From sequence record PV740454.1: 64,000 bases of DNA. The stretch is one strand, 5' to 3'. Under the pieces are notes generated by a model. It saw only the letters and a list, made by a program, of their open reading frames with translations, did no database searches and was not told the origin of the DNA. Numbering within the stretch: position 1 is the stretch's first letter; every line of letters begins with the position of its first letter. The translations under genes and the position numbers were made by a program. This document shows positions 1 to 9,484 of the stretch, in pieces.

Positions 1-204
1 GTAATCTGGTAATGTGTCATAATCGAACATTTTTGCACGATGTTCGTTGATGATATCACTGTGCCACCAATCTTCGACGTTCGGGAATGCTTCGCTTAAT
101 TGCGAACAACAGATATGATAGCCGTCTGGTTTAGCGTCTCGTGTGTTGAAGGGAGAGCCACAAAGTGGCTTCTTCCCGTCTTTAAATCCAAATTTTTCAA
201 ACAT
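1..204 (-). CDS. Partial ORF running off the window; Cys-rich SPASM/twitch-like N-terminus, possibly a radical SAM protein
   Basis: Manual translation from ATG at 204: MFEKFGFKDGKKPLCGSPFNTRDAKPDGYHICCSQ...EDWWHSDIINEHRAKM; C-x2-PF-x6-PDG-x3-CC...W-x-S pattern. Confidence 0.4.
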   Translation of the reverse strand, partial: MFEKFGFKDGKKPLCGSPFNTRDAKPDGYHICCSQLSEAFPNVEDWWHSDIINEHRAKMFDYDTLPDY

Positions 205-473
205 TAATCTAACTCATCAAGTAGGGATTGAAATTCTTCGTCGCGTTCAGCGTCGATTTCATAGGTCATCATTGCTTTTAGTGTAGCAAGAGACTTGATC
301 TCAGGTGGTCTAGGTCGTAGATCTTCTAAAATACAAATAATCGACTCTGCTGGTAAGTCATGTTCAATTATTTCTGGTGGTAGCGTGTGTTTGTAAACGC
401 AGTTATCACCCCAGTCGATGACAACTGCGTGTTCCCATTTGTCAATCTCGACAATTTTAAAATCAGCTTTCAT
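204..473 (-). CDS. Hypothetical protein
   Basis: 89 aa ORF coupled to neighbours by overlapping start/stop codons. Confidence 0.7.
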   Translation of the reverse strand: MKADFKIVEIDKWEHAVVIDWGDNCVYKHTLPPEIIEHDLPAESIICILEDLRPRPPEIKSLATLKAMMTYEIDAERDEEFQSLLDELD

Positions 474-1479
474 GTTTCAATCCCCATAGTGTTTCCCAAT
501 GTGTTTTCGTATCTTGTCGATACTTCTCAATATCAAATTTTTCGTACTGTTCGCGTGTCGCTTTCTCGATCACGTCAACGATTGTATCATTGTTTATATC
601 TGCTCGAACAACAGGAAATATGAAATCGCGTGTATATGGTGCATCATATTGAACAATGCATGGTATATGTTGACTTGCTTCAACTACTGCATATGGCATG
701 ATTTCGATATGAGACATGTGAAGAAGAACTTTGCTCTTCATCATGTGTGCAATCACTTCTTCGCGTGGCTTCTTAATGTGTACTTTGCAGTTAACACCTT
801 GCGGCACGCTAACGAAATCAGTTGTGAATAGGTGGACACTCAAGTCACTGCCAACGAGAGATTTCAGCATTTCTGGTATTTGCTTTCTCTTATACGCGCC
901 TGATACGATGATCACATCTGATTCTTTCGCGTTGTTCAACTCAGTATGCGACACTTCTGGTAGCTCAAACGGTTCGTACGCTGTGACATGATTACCACCC
1001 ATTATCTGTTCGCCCCAATAACGAATCCCATCAGATTGCGCTACGTTTGTAACAATAGCTGACTTGCCCATCATTGCTCGCCACTGATTTAAATTGTACA
1101 TTCGATTGATATCCATGTACTTCTTGTAAGAGTCTGGAACTATCAAGTCGCCGAAGTGATGCTGGTTGTAACATGCTCTATTTGCTTCTATACATGCGCG
1201 TAACGCTTCGTAAGAGTGTGTATATATGATTGTGTCGGCGCTTAGTGATTTGATTACAAGAGCGTTTGCTTTGTAGTCGTTAAATGCTCTATTCGTCAAC
1301 ACGAAATCGCAACCAAAATCCCAACTGTTCATATGCGGGCATCTGTCATCACCGAAGATGATAACCTTGACATCACAGTTGTAACTTTTCATAAGTCGAA
1401 TGTGATCTTGCAAGAATGTATAGATACCGCCACCGATGCCAAGCATGAAATCAGTGACCACGTATCGAATTTTTTTCAT
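463..1479 (-). CDS. GT-B fold glycosyltransferase (GT4-like)
   Basis: N-terminal GIGGGI loop; C-terminal E-x7-E motif (HIEIMPYAVVEA). Confidence 0.75.
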   Translation of the reverse strand: MKKIRYVVTDFMLGIGGGIYTFLQDHIRLMKSYNCDVKVIIFGDDRCPHMNSWDFGCDFVLTNRAFNDYKANALVIKSLSADTIIYTHSYEALRACIEANRACYNQHHFGDLIVPDSYKKYMDINRMYNLNQWRAMMGKSAIVTNVAQSDGIRYWGEQIMGGNHVTAYEPFELPEVSHTELNNAKESDVIIVSGAYKRKQIPEMLKSLVGSDLSVHLFTTDFVSVPQGVNCKVHIKKPREEVIAHMMKSKVLLHMSHIEIMPYAVVEASQHIPCIVQYDAPYTRDFIFPVVRADINNDTIVDVIEKATREQYEKFDIEKYRQDTKTHWETLWGLKHES

Positions 1480-1486
1480 AAAAGTG

Positions 1487-1515
1487 TTGACTCCACGTGT
1501 CTTAATATGTAGACT
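1487..1515 (+). promoter_or_regulatory. sigma70-type promoter
   Basis: TTGACT-N17-TAGACT with extended -10 TG. Confidence 0.6.
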
Positions 1516-1548
1516 ATATTTTATCGCAACAAGTACGAGATTTAAACA

Positions 1549-1752
1549 ATGCGCAAAGCATCAGAAGACTTAATTCGAATGAGAGTAGAATCCCTCCCTT
1601 TCGTGAGAATTAATGTTGATAATCAAATCAAGATATGCGAATATCTGTACTCGCTTGACGATGACGTTATCTATGCACTTGAGAAGCATACTGAAACTTC
1701 AGACGGTGCGCGTAAAATATTAAACTTTCTATTGAAGAAAATTGGAGACTAA
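1549..1752 (+). CDS. Hypothetical protein
   Basis: 67 aa ORF downstream of promoter. Confidence 0.65.
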   Translation: MRKASEDLIRMRVESLPFVRINVDNQIKICEYLYSLDDDVIYALEKHTETSDGARKILNFLLKKIGD

Positions 1753-2233
1753 AATTATGGCATATGAATCAGTATTCAACGGTACAAATCGTTATAAAGT
1801 CCTGCGTGAAGGCAGAGAATACATCAACAAAGTTGCTGAGCGTCATGGCGCAGTAGCAAACGGCATTTATGTGACAATGGATCATCACATCGTTGATCGC
1901 ATTATGGATCACTCGTTCCCTGCTCGTGTGTTTGAAATCATCGTAGGTCGATTGATCAAAAATCACCAAGATGAAATTCTAAAACTAGCAAACATGCCAG
2001 CAGAAAAACGTCCGAAGCATATCAATGTCTACGGCAACAAACCAGATTCGCCGTACATGGTAGGCATAACAGTAAACAAAGCACAGACAGGTAAAGTTTA
2101 TGTAAACTTACGTACGTGTTATAAAGAACGTAACAGCAAATATCGTCAACGCATCATCGAAGCATACAAGATTCGCGTGAAATCATCATCTGAACTTGAG
2201 AACGCAGAAAGTGAGGTTGATTCAGATCAATAA
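1742..2233 (+). CDS. Hypothetical protein
   Basis: 163 aa ORF in operon upstream of nrdA. Confidence 0.7.
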   Translation: METKIMAYESVFNGTNRYKVLREGREYINKVAERHGAVANGIYVTMDHHIVDRIMDHSFPARVFEIIVGRLIKNHQDEILKLANMPAEKRPKHINVYGNKPDSPYMVGITVNKAQTGKVYVNLRTCYKERNSKYRQRIIEAYKIRVKSSSELENAESEVDSDQ

Positions 2234-2263
2234 ATAGAAAACAATTAAACAAATGAGGGAATT

Positions 2264-4492
2264 TTGATGCTTGTAGTGAAGTCTTCTGGCATTACAGAAG
2301 AATTTGAAAAAAGTAAATTGGCGCGTGTTTTAGTAGATGCTTGTAGAAACACAACAATAGACCCGTACCAATTACTTGACCGCGTTATAGCTCAACTTAG
2401 CGACGGTATGACGAGCAAAGACATTCAAAAGGCAGCGATCAAAATCGCTGCCGATAGCATTTCAGTAGACGAGCCAGACTATCAATATGTCGCGGCTCGT
2501 CTTGCTATGTATGGTCTTCGCAAAGATGTATATGGGCAATTTGACCCAATTCCATTCAAACAACTAATCGAGAAAAACATCGAACTCGGTGTTTATGATC
2601 CTGAAATTCTTCAGAAATGGTCAGATTCAGAGATTGAATTCATTGAAACACAAGTTATGCACGAGCGTGACTTTGATTTCGCCTACGCTGGTGTAATGCA
2701 GTTCAAAGAAAAATACTTGTGTAAAAATCGTGGTACTGGTGCAATCTACGAAACACCGCAATACGCTTACATGCTAATTGCAATGTGTCTGCACCAAGAA
2801 GAGAAGTTCGACAGAATCAAGCACGTAATCAACTTTTACAACGCTGTATCAAATCAGAAACTTTCTTTACCAACCCCGATCATGGCAGGTGTGCGAACAC
2901 CAACTAGACAGTTTAGCTCATGTGTTAAAATCGAATCTGGGGACTCACTGCATTCAGTCAACAAAGTAGCAGAAGCAATCATCAACTATATCAGTAAACG
3001 TGCTGGTATCGGTGTTAATGGCGGCGCTATTCGTGCTGAAGGTTCGGTTGTCCGTGCTGGTGAAATTCGACACACTGGTGTAATCCCATTCTGGAAACAC
3101 TTTCAGACTGCTGTGAAGTCATGTTCACAAGGTGGTGTTCGTGGTGGTGCTGCAACACTGACTTACCCGATTTGGCATTTAGAAGTTGAAAAACTTCTTG
3201 TACTGAAGAACAACAAAGGCGTTGAGGAAAACCGCATTCGTCATCTTGACTACAGTGTGTCTATTAGTCGCTTGATGATGCAACGCCTAGCAACGAATGA
3301 TTACATCACGTTGTTTAGCCCAGATGAACGTAATGGTGCACTTTACGGCGAATATCACACGAACCCTGAGAAGTTTGAAGAGCTTTATCTAGAACTCGAA
3401 GCTGACCCGACAGTTCGTAAGAAGCGTATCAAAGCTACTGAGTTATTCAGCATGTTTTGTCAAGAGCGTACAAGTACAGGTCGAATCTACCCGATCTTTG
3501 TTGACAACTTGAACTCTCAATCACCATACATCGAAGCTATCAAGCAATCGAACTTGTGTATGGAAATCGCGTTACCGACGTACCCACTTGGTAGTGCTGA
3601 TGAAGAGATCGCACTTTGTACACTTGCTGCGTACAACTTAGGAGCAATGGAATCTGCAAGTGAATTTGCACATCTAGCACCTATTGTTATGCGTGCGTTA
3701 GATAACTTGCTTGATTATCAAGATTATCCTGTTGCTGCTGCTGAGACTGCGAAATATCGTCGTGCTCTAGGTGTTGGTATTACCAACTTTGCTTACTTCT
3801 TGGCTAAGAACTTTGTTGGGTATGATGCGTCTGCTAAATATCTTGTGCATGAGTGGATGGAAGCAATGTCGTACTACAACATTAAAGCATCCAATCAGCT
3901 TGCGAAAGAACGTGGCGCTAATAAATGGCATCGTAAGACCCGTTGGGCTCAAGGTAAACTACCAATCGATTGGTACAATAAAAATGTTGATAAGCTTGTA
4001 AAACCGCATTACAATTTAGACTGGGAATCACTACGAGAAGACGTGATTCGCTATGGTATGCGCAACGATACAACATCTGCATTCATGCCGTGTGAAAGTA
4101 GTTCACAAATCAGTAACAGCACAAATGGCATCGAGCCGCCACGCGATCTAGTATCGACTAAGCAGTCAAAAGATGGTGTATTCAATCAAGTAGTTCCTGA
4201 AGTTGATTTGCTAAAAGATGAATACGGTCTAGCGTGGAAAGTTTGTGCGAAAGACAACTATGGGTATCTGACTCTAGTTGCAATTATGCAGAAATTCGTT
4301 GATCAGAGCATCTCCGCTAATGAATACCACGATCCTTCGCAGATCGAAGATGGTAAAATTCAAATGGAAAGTCTTTTCAAGACTCTTGCTTTCTGTAGTC
4401 ATTACGGTATTAAAACGCTGTACTACTCAAATACAAGAGACGGTGCTGACGGCACAGAAGATGGTGAAGATTGCGACGGTTGCAAGGTTTAA
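2264..4492 (+). CDS. nrdA: Class Ia ribonucleotide reductase alpha subunit
   Basis: ATP cone; PTPIMAGVRT, QFSSC, QGGVRGG, SNLCMEI motifs; C-terminal CxxC. Confidence 0.98.
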   Translation: MMLVVKSSGITEEFEKSKLARVLVDACRNTTIDPYQLLDRVIAQLSDGMTSKDIQKAAIKIAADSISVDEPDYQYVAARLAMYGLRKDVYGQFDPIPFKQLIEKNIELGVYDPEILQKWSDSEIEFIETQVMHERDFDFAYAGVMQFKEKYLCKNRGTGAIYETPQYAYMLIAMCLHQEEKFDRIKHVINFYNAVSNQKLSLPTPIMAGVRTPTRQFSSCVKIESGDSLHSVNKVAEAIINYISKRAGIGVNGGAIRAEGSVVRAGEIRHTGVIPFWKHFQTAVKSCSQGGVRGGAATLTYPIWHLEVEKLLVLKNNKGVEENRIRHLDYSVSISRLMMQRLATNDYITLFSPDERNGALYGEYHTNPEKFEELYLELEADPTVRKKRIKATELFSMFCQERTSTGRIYPIFVDNLNSQSPYIEAIKQSNLCMEIALPTYPLGSADEEIALCTLAAYNLGAMESASEFAHLAPIVMRALDNLLDYQDYPVAAAETAKYRRALGVGITNFAYFLAKNFVGYDASAKYLVHEWMEAMSYYNIKASNQLAKERGANKWHRKTRWAQGKLPIDWYNKNVDKLVKPHYNLDWESLREDVIRYGMRNDTTSAFMPCESSSQISNSTNGIEPPRDLVSTKQSKDGVFNQVVPEVDLLKDEYGLAWKVCAKDNYGYLTLVAIMQKFVDQSISANEYHDPSQIEDGKIQMESLFKTLAFCSHYGIKTLYYSNTRDGADGTEDGEDCDGCKV

Positions 4493-4501
4493 GGTAGATA
4501 A

Positions 4502-5626
4502 ATGTCTAAAACAATTTTTAATAAAAATAAGGTTGACCATCTTGGTCAACCTCTTTTCTTGGGTGAAGACCCGAATATTTCACGTTTTGAAACAGTAAAG
4601 CACGCTGTATTTGATCAGCTCACTGAAAAGCAGCTTTCATTCTTCTGGCGACCAGAAGAAGTCGATTTGACTCGTGACGCACAAGACTTCGACCGTATGC
4701 CAGAACATTGGCAATACGTGTTCACGCAGAATCTTAAATATCAATCACTATTAGACTCGGTTCAAGGTCGCGCTCCTAATATCGCGTTCTTGCCAATCTG
4801 TAGCGACAACGCATTCGAAAACTGGGTAACAACTTGGGACTTCAGTGAGACGATTCACAGTCGTTCATACACTCACATCATGCGTAACTTGTACTCAAAC
4901 CCGAGTGCTGTGTTTGATGAAATCGTTCTTGATAAGTCAATCATGGCGCGTGCTGAAGCGGTTACAGAGCATTATGACCGTCTAATCGCAGAAACGCAGA
5001 AGCTACAGCAGCTTAAAGGCATGAATTGCGCACATGGTATTCTACGCATTCAAGAAACTGCTGTCAAAGAAGCACTTTACTTGTGTATGCACGCAGTAAA
5101 CGCGCTTGAAGCAATTCGTTTCTATGTTTCATTTGCATGTACTTTCAACTTTGCTGAGCAAGGTATCATGGAAGGCAACGCGAAAGTAATGAAACTGATC
5201 GCACGTGATGAGCAGCTTCACTTGAAAGGCACACAAGCGTTAATCAATATCTGGCACTCTGGTAAAGATGATCCAGAAATGGTAGAAATTGCTCGTCGTC
5301 TGAAACCAGAAGCTGAGAAGATTTTCATTGATGTAGCTGAGCAAGAAAAAGGGTGGGCACATTCTCTATTTGCTAAAGGCACAGTTCCTGGCTTGAACGC
5401 AAACATGCTATGCGAATACGTTGAGTATCTTTCTGACAGTCGTATGCGTTCAGTGGGATTGGATAGCCCGTTTGTTCGTCGTAAGCACCCTTTCCCATGG
5501 ATTCGAAAGTGGCTAAATAGTGATTCAGTACAAGTTGCAGCGCAAGAAGCTGAGCTAAGTTCGTATCTTGTTGGTCAAATCAACTCGACGGTACGAGCTG
5601 AATTCCTAGAAACGTTAGAGGTGTAA
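4502..5626 (+). CDS. nrdB: Class Ia ribonucleotide reductase beta subunit
   Basis: FFWRPEEV, ETIHSRSY, EAIRFYVSF, RDEQLH, QVAAQE motifs. Confidence 0.98.
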   Translation: MSKTIFNKNKVDHLGQPLFLGEDPNISRFETVKHAVFDQLTEKQLSFFWRPEEVDLTRDAQDFDRMPEHWQYVFTQNLKYQSLLDSVQGRAPNIAFLPICSDNAFENWVTTWDFSETIHSRSYTHIMRNLYSNPSAVFDEIVLDKSIMARAEAVTEHYDRLIAETQKLQQLKGMNCAHGILRIQETAVKEALYLCMHAVNALEAIRFYVSFACTFNFAEQGIMEGNAKVMKLIARDEQLHLKGTQALINIWHSGKDDPEMVEIARRLKPEAEKIFIDVAEQEKGWAHSLFAKGTVPGLNANMLCEYVEYLSDSRMRSVGLDSPFVRRKHPFPWIRKWLNSDSVQVAAQEAELSSYLVGQINSTVRAEFLETLEV

Positions 5627-5627
5627 A

Positions 5628-5927
5628 TTGTTAGAAATATTTGGTTGGGACGAAGACGATTTTCGTTGTGTTCCATGCTTAAAAGCAAAACGACTAGCTG
5701 AGACTCGTGGATTGATTTTTGATTTCATTCCACTTGCAAAAGAAAAAATCACAGAATCACATGCACACAATCGTGAAGAACTTGAAAGGCGTATGCATGA
5801 AATGGGTAAAGAGCTGAAGACTCTACCACAAGTATTCTTTGATGGTATTCACGTCGGTGGATTCGACGACTTCAAAATCAAGATTCATGAGCTTGAAGAA
5901 GCTCGTTGGGAATCAAGACTGAAATAA
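5628..5927 (+). CDS. nrdC: Glutaredoxin (T4 NrdC-like)
   Basis: CVPC active site; TLPQVF and VGGFDD motifs. Confidence 0.9.
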   Translation: MLEIFGWDEDDFRCVPCLKAKRLAETRGLIFDFIPLAKEKITESHAHNREELERRMHEMGKELKTLPQVFFDGIHVGGFDDFKIKIHELEEARWESRLK

Positions 5928-5934
5928 ATTAAGA

Positions 5935-5970
5935 AAAGGGTTGACAGATGTCAGCCCTTTTTTGTATTCT
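5935..5970 (+). terminator. Intrinsic terminator overlapping a sigma70 promoter
   Basis: Hairpin AAGGGTTGAC/GTCAGCCCTT + T tract; TTGACA(5941)-N18-TATTCT(5965). Confidence 0.65.
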
Positions 5971-5998
5971 GTGTTTGTTAAAACTAGATGAGTGAGAT

Positions 5999-6562
5999 AT
6001 GAAGAAGTTAATTGCGCTATTATTAGCTACGTGTGCGTTCAGCGCATCAGCGAGTCAATGTAAAGTAAATGGTCAAACGCTATCAGAGAAGCAATGGCAC
6101 AACGTGCGTGCAGTGTTTGTGAACGGGTGGTATTATGATCTGAGCTGGTCGCTTGCTGCAATTGCAATAGTTGAGTCTAGTGCAGGCGAGAACATGATCA
6201 ATCATCGAACGAAAGATTACGGCTTGATGCAGAATAACATAAAAACTGCAACAACACGTTTGAAGCGTTGGCGACAAGCAGGTAGAGATTTTGCACCGTA
6301 TAACATCGACAACAAAGAAGATGTCAAGACGATATTGCTTACAGATCGAACAGTTTCTGTTCAGCTTGCAATTGAAGAACTCGAATTCTGGAAAGGTGTT
6401 CGCGGTGACAACAACTGGCGTGAAATCTACTCAAGCTACAACGGTGGATATTACAAAGGTCAAAAATGGGAAAAGCGTGCTGAGAAGTATGCAGACAAAA
6501 TTGTGAATACGATGCGAGATCTAAAATCTTGCAGAAACGAACTAATGAGAGGGTTATATTAA
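5999..6562 (+). CDS. Secreted lytic transglycosylase (T4 vs.1-like)
   Basis: Signal peptide; AIAIVESS, GLMQ, SYNGG motifs. Confidence 0.85.
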   Translation: MKKLIALLLATCAFSASASQCKVNGQTLSEKQWHNVRAVFVNGWYYDLSWSLAAIAIVESSAGENMINHRTKDYGLMQNNIKTATTRLKRWRQAGRDFAPYNIDNKEDVKTILLTDRTVSVQLAIEELEFWKGVRGDNNWREIYSSYNGGYYKGQKWEKRAEKYADKIVNTMRDLKSCRNELMRGLY

Positions 6563-6747
6563 TGAGTAGTGTAATGATCTGGGCAGCCGCGTGGGCTATT
6601 CTGATGAACAATCAGTGGCTATTGAGAGTCTTTTGCTTATTCGGTTGGCACACATGGGAATATACGAAAGGTAGTAAGCGTGTATGTAAGCATTGTCAAA
6701 AGCGTCAAAGTCTAGTTCGCGTTGGTAAAGATAGCGATTGGCAATAA
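6562..6747 (+). CDS. Small membrane protein with Cys/His motif
   Basis: ATG overlaps upstream stop; hydrophobic N-terminus, CLFGWH...CKHC. Confidence 0.55.
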   Translation: MSSVMIWAAAWAILMNNQWLLRVFCLFGWHTWEYTKGSKRVCKHCQKRQSLVRVGKDSDWQ

Positions 6748-6772
6748 ATTACCAAAAGGTGGTAAAAAGTGC

Positions 6773-6801
6773 TTGCAATGGTTAACCGATATCTGTAATA
6801 T
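6773..6801 (+). promoter_or_regulatory. sigma70-type early promoter
   Basis: TTGCAA-N17-TAATAT with TG. Confidence 0.6.
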
Positions 6802-6870
6802 TGTCTACATCGAAACGAGAGACGAAAACAAAACGTCAATCACAAGACATAAACGAAGAGAGAATATTAC

Positions 6871-7902
6871 ATGTACGCAATCATCAAAAACGCACTAAAC
6901 AAAGACGAAATCGTAAACGGCACTTTTGAAGTAGTTACAAAGCATCGTTGCGATAAAGCTAAAGCTCCAAAAGATGGTCGTATTCGTGTGATTATTAATG
7001 GTGAAGCAACTACGCTACGCGCTGATCGTCAAGATGTTTCTTACACTGATACAATCGACGGTGCACCGATGCAAGTTCACAGAACTCCAGTTGCAGAATC
7101 GGTAGCAGCATCGTTCGAACCTGAAGTTAAAGAAACAGAAGACGAAATCGCACAGCGCATCGATCAAGCATTTGAAGCAATGGATATCTTTTCTGAAGGC
7201 GCTATTGAAGGTCACGTAACATCACTAATCATTTCTGGTGCTGCTGGTGTTGGTAAAACGTTTACTCTAGAGCGTGACTTGAAAGCTGCTGAAGCAAAAG
7301 GTAAGATTGAATTCAAGAAAGTCGCTGGTAAATGTACAGGTCTTGGTCTGTTCACTAAACTTTGGGAGTGTCGTCATCCAGGTTCTGTTCTTCTTCTAGA
7401 TGACGTAGACGTATTCAAAGACGAAGATCAGCTAAACTTGCTTAAAGCAGCACTAGACACTGGTGAAGAGCGTTGGGTTTCTTGGGCATCATCATCGTCT
7501 TACTTCGAAGAGCAAGGCATCGAACAAGAATTCTTATTCGAAGGCACTGTAATCTTTATCTCTAACAAAGACTTTGATCGTGAACTTCAAGCTGGTACTA
7601 AACTAGCTCCACACTTTCAAGCACTGATTTCTCGTAGCGTTTACCTTGATTTAGGCGTTCACTCAAAAGAAGAAATCATGGTTCGCATCAAACAAGTTGT
7701 TCGCTCAACTACAATGCTTCAAGATCTTGGTCTGCAAGAACCACTAATCTCTGAAATGCTAGTTTGGATTGAAGATAACATTGCTGGTCTACGTGAATTG
7801 TCTCTACGTACTTGTTTAAAGATTGCAAACATGATGCTAACATCACCTACTAAATGGGAAATGCTTGCTAAGATGACAATGCTATCTAAGAAGCGTAAAT
7901 AA
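6871..7902 (+). CDS. P-loop AAA-type ATPase
   Basis: Walker A GAAGVGKT; Walker B LLLDDVD. Confidence 0.8.
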   Translation: MYAIIKNALNKDEIVNGTFEVVTKHRCDKAKAPKDGRIRVIINGEATTLRADRQDVSYTDTIDGAPMQVHRTPVAESVAASFEPEVKETEDEIAQRIDQAFEAMDIFSEGAIEGHVTSLIISGAAGVGKTFTLERDLKAAEAKGKIEFKKVAGKCTGLGLFTKLWECRHPGSVLLLDDVDVFKDEDQLNLLKAALDTGEERWVSWASSSSYFEEQGIEQEFLFEGTVIFISNKDFDRELQAGTKLAPHFQALISRSVYLDLGVHSKEEIMVRIKQVVRSTTMLQDLGLQEPLISEMLVWIEDNIAGLRELSLRTCLKIANMMLTSPTKWEMLAKMTMLSKKRK

Positions 7903-7948
7903 ACTCTTTAACGGGGCTGAAAAGCCCCGATAATCATTTGAGGGGAAT

Positions 7949-9235
7949 ATGCAACGAACATTATCAAGTATCGTTAATTGCGAAGCGTTAGAATACGCTA
8001 TGTACACAATCGAAAATCGAGCAATCGCAAACGGAATCGATGGGCTTAAACCAGTTCATCGATTTGTTTTGTATAACGTCATAAAAGACGCTGCAACGAG
8101 TTTTGACAAGGTTGCTGCGTTAGGTAGCTCAGTATCAAAGATTGGTTACAATCACGGCGAGACGGCAGCACAAGACGCTCTAGCACTAATGGCAGCAGAG
8201 TGGACAAACAACGTCCCGATTATACAAGGTCGCGGTAACTTCGGTTCGCGAATGGTTAAAGAATCTGCATCAGCTCGTTATGTTTACGCGAAGTTGCATG
8301 AAAATTTCGACAAGTACTTTAAAGACATTCATTTGTCTCCAGTGCATAGAGACGTTGAGCACATACCACCACAGTTTTATGTTCCAGTATTGCCGATGAT
8401 TCTAATGAATGGTATATTCGGCGTTGCGACGGGTTTCGCATGTAACATATTACCACATGACCCTGAATGGGTGAAAAAAGCAGTGTTAGAATGCATTGCA
8501 GGCAAAGAAATCAGTGAACCTGTTATTAAGTTTCCTGAGTTTCGCGGTAAAATTGAAAAGCTAGAACACAACAAGTATGCGCAAATCGGCACTGTTGAAA
8601 TCAGCGGGTTGACTGCGGTTGTTACTGAAATCCCAACAGGGTTTGATCACTCAAAATACATCACTGAGCTTGACAAACTAGTTGAAAAGGGTAAAATAAG
8701 CAGCTATGTTGATGAGACTAGCGACACGTTTCAGTTTCGAGTTCGATTCAAGCGCGGTGCGAAGATGTCTGAAGAATCGGTCATCAAAACACTGAAGCTA
8801 CAAAGCAACTTCACTCAGAACATCAACGTTACTGATGAGAACTATCAGATTCGTCATTTTGACGACGTGAGAGAACTTGTGAAGTGGTTTGTTGACTTTC
8901 GCATGTCGTTCTTACCGAAACGTATTGACGACGCTCAGAAGCGCACAGAGAAGCGTTCTTCACTTGCGTGTGCAAAAGTCGAGTTCATCAAAAAAGTAAT
9001 ATCAGGTGACATAGTTCTATTCGGTAAAAAGCGTGCTGAAGTGTCAGCAGAGCTTAAAGAAAACGAGCTATTTAAAGAACATGTAAATGAGCTTCTAAAC
9101 ATGTCAGTTGATAAAATGACTGACGACGAAATCGCTAGACTTGAGAAAGACGCTGAAGCAGCGCAAAAAGAACTTACGTACTGGCAGAACACAACTGTAC
9201 AGAAAGAGTTTATCAAAGACATTAAGGCGTTATAA
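7949..9235 (+). CDS. 52: DNA topoisomerase II medium subunit (T4 gp52)
   Basis: IDGLKPVHR, YNHGE, GNFGS, ASARY (catalytic Tyr). Confidence 0.96.
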   Translation: MQRTLSSIVNCEALEYAMYTIENRAIANGIDGLKPVHRFVLYNVIKDAATSFDKVAALGSSVSKIGYNHGETAAQDALALMAAEWTNNVPIIQGRGNFGSRMVKESASARYVYAKLHENFDKYFKDIHLSPVHRDVEHIPPQFYVPVLPMILMNGIFGVATGFACNILPHDPEWVKKAVLECIAGKEISEPVIKFPEFRGKIEKLEHNKYAQIGTVEISGLTAVVTEIPTGFDHSKYITELDKLVEKGKISSYVDETSDTFQFRVRFKRGAKMSEESVIKTLKLQSNFTQNINVTDENYQIRHFDDVRELVKWFVDFRMSFLPKRIDDAQKRTEKRSSLACAKVEFIKKVISGDIVLFGKKRAEVSAELKENELFKEHVNELLNMSVDKMTDDEIARLEKDAEAAQKELTYWQNTTVQKEFIKDIKAL

Positions 9236-9477
9236 TGAACATTATCGTTGAGAATGGAAACATTCAACCGAACGATCAGAAGACGCTATTTGGTGATGAA
9301 GAAGTCGTGAGAGTGCCTAGCACTTTCACGCTCACTGATTTAGTGTGTCATCTAGATCTTTACAAATCTAAAACGCAAGCTCGACAAGCAAATCGAGTAG
9401 GTGCAATCCCAGACGGGTGGTCTGTATTCAAAGGCAATAAGAAAACACCACTATACGTCTGGAACCCAACAGAGTAG
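9235..9477 (+). CDS. Small protein resembling the S4-like C-terminal domain of tyrosyl-tRNA synthetase
   Basis: LTDLVCHLDLYKSKTQARQ resembles the L-x-D/E-LL...SK-x-EARR S4 helix motif. Confidence 0.45.
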   Translation: MNIIVENGNIQPNDQKTLFGDEEVVRVPSTFTLTDLVCHLDLYKSKTQARQANRVGAIPDGWSVFKGNKKTPLYVWNPTE

Positions 9478-9484
9478 GTAAATT

